Part shown: piece by piece, positions 62,578 through 64,000 of the stretch
How positions within the stretch are numbered: position 1 is the first letter of the stretch
How the letters are laid out: every line of letters starts with the position of its first letter
Source: a virus
Taxonomy: Duplodnaviria; Caudoviricetes
Length of the DNA: 64,000 nucleotides
Direction: 5' to 3' (one strand)
IMG/VR virus record: IMGVR_UViG_2899924645_000001
Span: 1 to 64,000 of that record
Position numbers and translations under genes: made by a program
The notes under the pieces: generated by a model
The model's database searches: none
Told to the model about the DNA's origin: nothing
Seen by the model: the letters and a program-made list of their open reading frames with translations, nothing else

Positions 62578-62993
62578 TCGTGATCGCTCTGGAACCTGTG
62601 ATCGTGGAGCGGCTTCGCGCCAGCCTGGCTGATGCGTGGGTCGTCAAAGGCATGTTCTTCGACGACGGGAGGCGGTCAGGCGACCTGTTCGCTTCCGTGA
62701 CGTTCGCGGATGCGGACGTGCCGGCGAGCGAAGACACAGGGGCCATGGTGCGGCCATTGTGGCTCGTCACATTGGTTGCAAAGGGGACAGATGCCAACGT
62801 CGCCGCGCAACTCGATAGCGCCTTCGCGATTGCTGTCGAAGCCGTCCATGGGTGGGCGCCCGGGCCGGTGAGCGGCCGGCGCTGGGAGAGGTTCCGCCTA
62901 GCGCGCGTGAAGCCACCTCCCTATCTCGATACCGGCCTCGTCGGTATCGAACTCGGTTTTTCCACTTCTGCCCGCTTCGACGGGCAACCCTGA
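62574..62993 (+). CDS. Putative tail terminator/completion protein
   Basis: GTGA overlap; position before the major tail protein. Confidence 0.55.
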   Translation: MIVIALEPVIVERLRASLADAWVVKGMFFDDGRRSGDLFASVTFADADVPASEDTGAMVRPLWLVTLVAKGTDANVAAQLDSAFAIAVEAVHGWAPGPVSGRRWERFRLARVKPPPYLDTGLVGIELGFSTSARFDGQP

Positions 62994-63004
62994 AAGGATT
63001 TCCC

Positions 63005-63790
63005 ATGCCAATCGTTCACACCAAAACCGAACTGTCGGCCCCGCGTGGCCGCCTTCGCCTCGACATCATGAATGCCCTTGAAGAGCTGACGGGCGAGGAA
63101 GAAATGGGCAACTGCCCGAGCTTCGTGCTGTCCATCGACTCGGAGAAGGCCGAGGAATTCTCGTCCGAGACGGCGGCCAGCGAGCTCATCGGCACGCTCA
63201 CCGGAAAGATCAAGCGCACCGCAAAGATCGTCTGCAACAACATGAGCATGGCGACCTACCAGCGGTTTCTCGCCGCCACGAGCGAGACGGTCACGCAGTC
63301 GTCGGCACCGGTCACGGGCGAGTTGCGCAAGGTCGTGCCGGGCAAGATTTACCAGCTCGGCCAGACCACGGCCAACCCCATCGGCGTGCGCAACGTCACG
63401 GCCGTGACTGTGAAGAGCGAAGACGGAACCACGCCCTACGAGGCCGGCGAAGACTTCAACGTAGACCCGGAAACCGGCGCGGTGCAGATCGTCGCCGGCG
63501 GCGGCATCACGGCGGGCAATGTGCAGTTCGGCTACACGCCCGTTGCCGGCACTTACCAGCGTCTGAAGACCGGCGGCAACACGACATTCCTCGCGGCTAT
63601 CCGTGTGGTCGCCGACAACGCCTCGGGCAATAACAAGGACTGGTACATGCCCCGCGTCAATGTGACGCCCTCGGGCGAGCTGCCCATCGTTTCGGCGGAT
63701 GTGGAGTTTGTGAAGGTCGAGTTCGACATCGACGTACTCAAGCCGGCCAACGCTGAAGCCGTCTACGTGGGAGGCCGTCCGGTCGCCTGA
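63005..63790 (+). CDS. Major tail protein
   Basis: RGRL..GNCPSF..DYNVD-like GEDFNVDPETG..VTPSGEL. Confidence 0.75.
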   Translation: MPIVHTKTELSAPRGRLRLDIMNALEELTGEEEMGNCPSFVLSIDSEKAEEFSSETAASELIGTLTGKIKRTAKIVCNNMSMATYQRFLAATSETVTQSSAPVTGELRKVVPGKIYQLGQTTANPIGVRNVTAVTVKSEDGTTPYEAGEDFNVDPETGAVQIVAGGGITAGNVQFGYTPVAGTYQRLKTGGNTTFLAAIRVVADNASGNNKDWYMPRVNVTPSGELPIVSADVEFVKVEFDIDVLKPANAEAVYVGGRPVA

Positions 63791-63795
63791 TAGCT

Positions 63796-63869
63796 CCGCG
63801 CCTGGCCTTGCGCTGCAGGGCTAGGCGTGGAGACGCATGCGGATTCCCGAAGAGGCTGCATGCGCCTCC
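63796..63869 (+). other. Two adjacent long hairpins between the tail tube and tape measure genes
   Basis: 63796-63810/63816-63830 and 63829-63842/63856-63869. Confidence 0.55.
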
Positions 63870-63895
63870 CATCTCTTCACCTCAATCCCGATCCC

Positions 63896-64000
63896 ATGGC
63901 CTTCAAGCCAATCCAAATCCTTATCAACGCCAAGGACGATGCGTCCAAGGTGTTCGACCGTCTGCAGGCGCGTCTCGCCGTCTTTGCTGCGGCCGTGCTG
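63896..64000 (+). CDS. Probable tape measure protein, N-terminus (partial)
   Basis: MAFKPIQILINAKDDASKVF typical TMP start; runs off the window. Confidence 0.6.
   Translation, partial: MAFKPIQILINAKDDASKVFDRLQARLAVFAAAVL

Larger units (their letters stand above)
41321..64000. mobile_element. Lambdoid siphovirus prophage, continuing beyond the window
   Basis: int, leftward early genes, cI/cro/cII, rep, lambda-type terminase and portal, capsid, tail genes. Confidence 0.92.

Noticed and set aside
1-64000. CRISPR array, DGR/reverse transcriptase, invertase, IS transposase, rRNA or intact tRNA
   Set aside because: No regularly spaced repeat-spacer array, no RT or DDE motifs in the ORF track, and only a tRNA 3'-end fragment seen by eye; tRNAscan and Infernal were not run

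Overview
GC-rich, probably betaproteobacterial (Comamonadaceae/Variovorax-like; host is inference) window made of two prophages in tandem. (1) 1 to ~41334: an apparently complete P2-like (phiCTX/RSA1-type) myovirus prophage with integrase, excisionase, MTase, rolling-circle gpA, ogr, repressor switch, tail, lysis, head and packaging genes. It has cargo slots at 9.0-11.9 kb (secreted protein, membrane protein, restriction-endonuclease-TOPRIM fusion), 32.9-34.4 kb (beta-propeller lipoprotein) and 35.1-40.7 kb. (2) ~41321 to beyond 64000: a lambdoid siphovirus prophage with integrase, early genes, cI/cro/cII, replication, lambda-type terminase and portal, protease-capsid fusion and tail start. 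The junction carries a tRNA-Ser-like 3' end (att core). The best candidate for an undescribed system is the 35.1-40.7 kb cassette: SRA-like/HNH nuclease, GHKL(MORC-like) ATPase fused to a histidine kinase, a receiver domain fused to a HEPN-like RxxxxH domain, and a convergent C5 cytosine methyltransferase. This suggests a phosphorelay-gated RNase linked to restriction-modification. The second candidate is an AT-richer, inverted three-gene moron between portal and capsid (membrane protein, RibD-like deaminase, PD-(D/E)XK-like nuclease). All protein family calls come from motif reading, not database searches, and several start codons were adjusted by eye from the ORF track.
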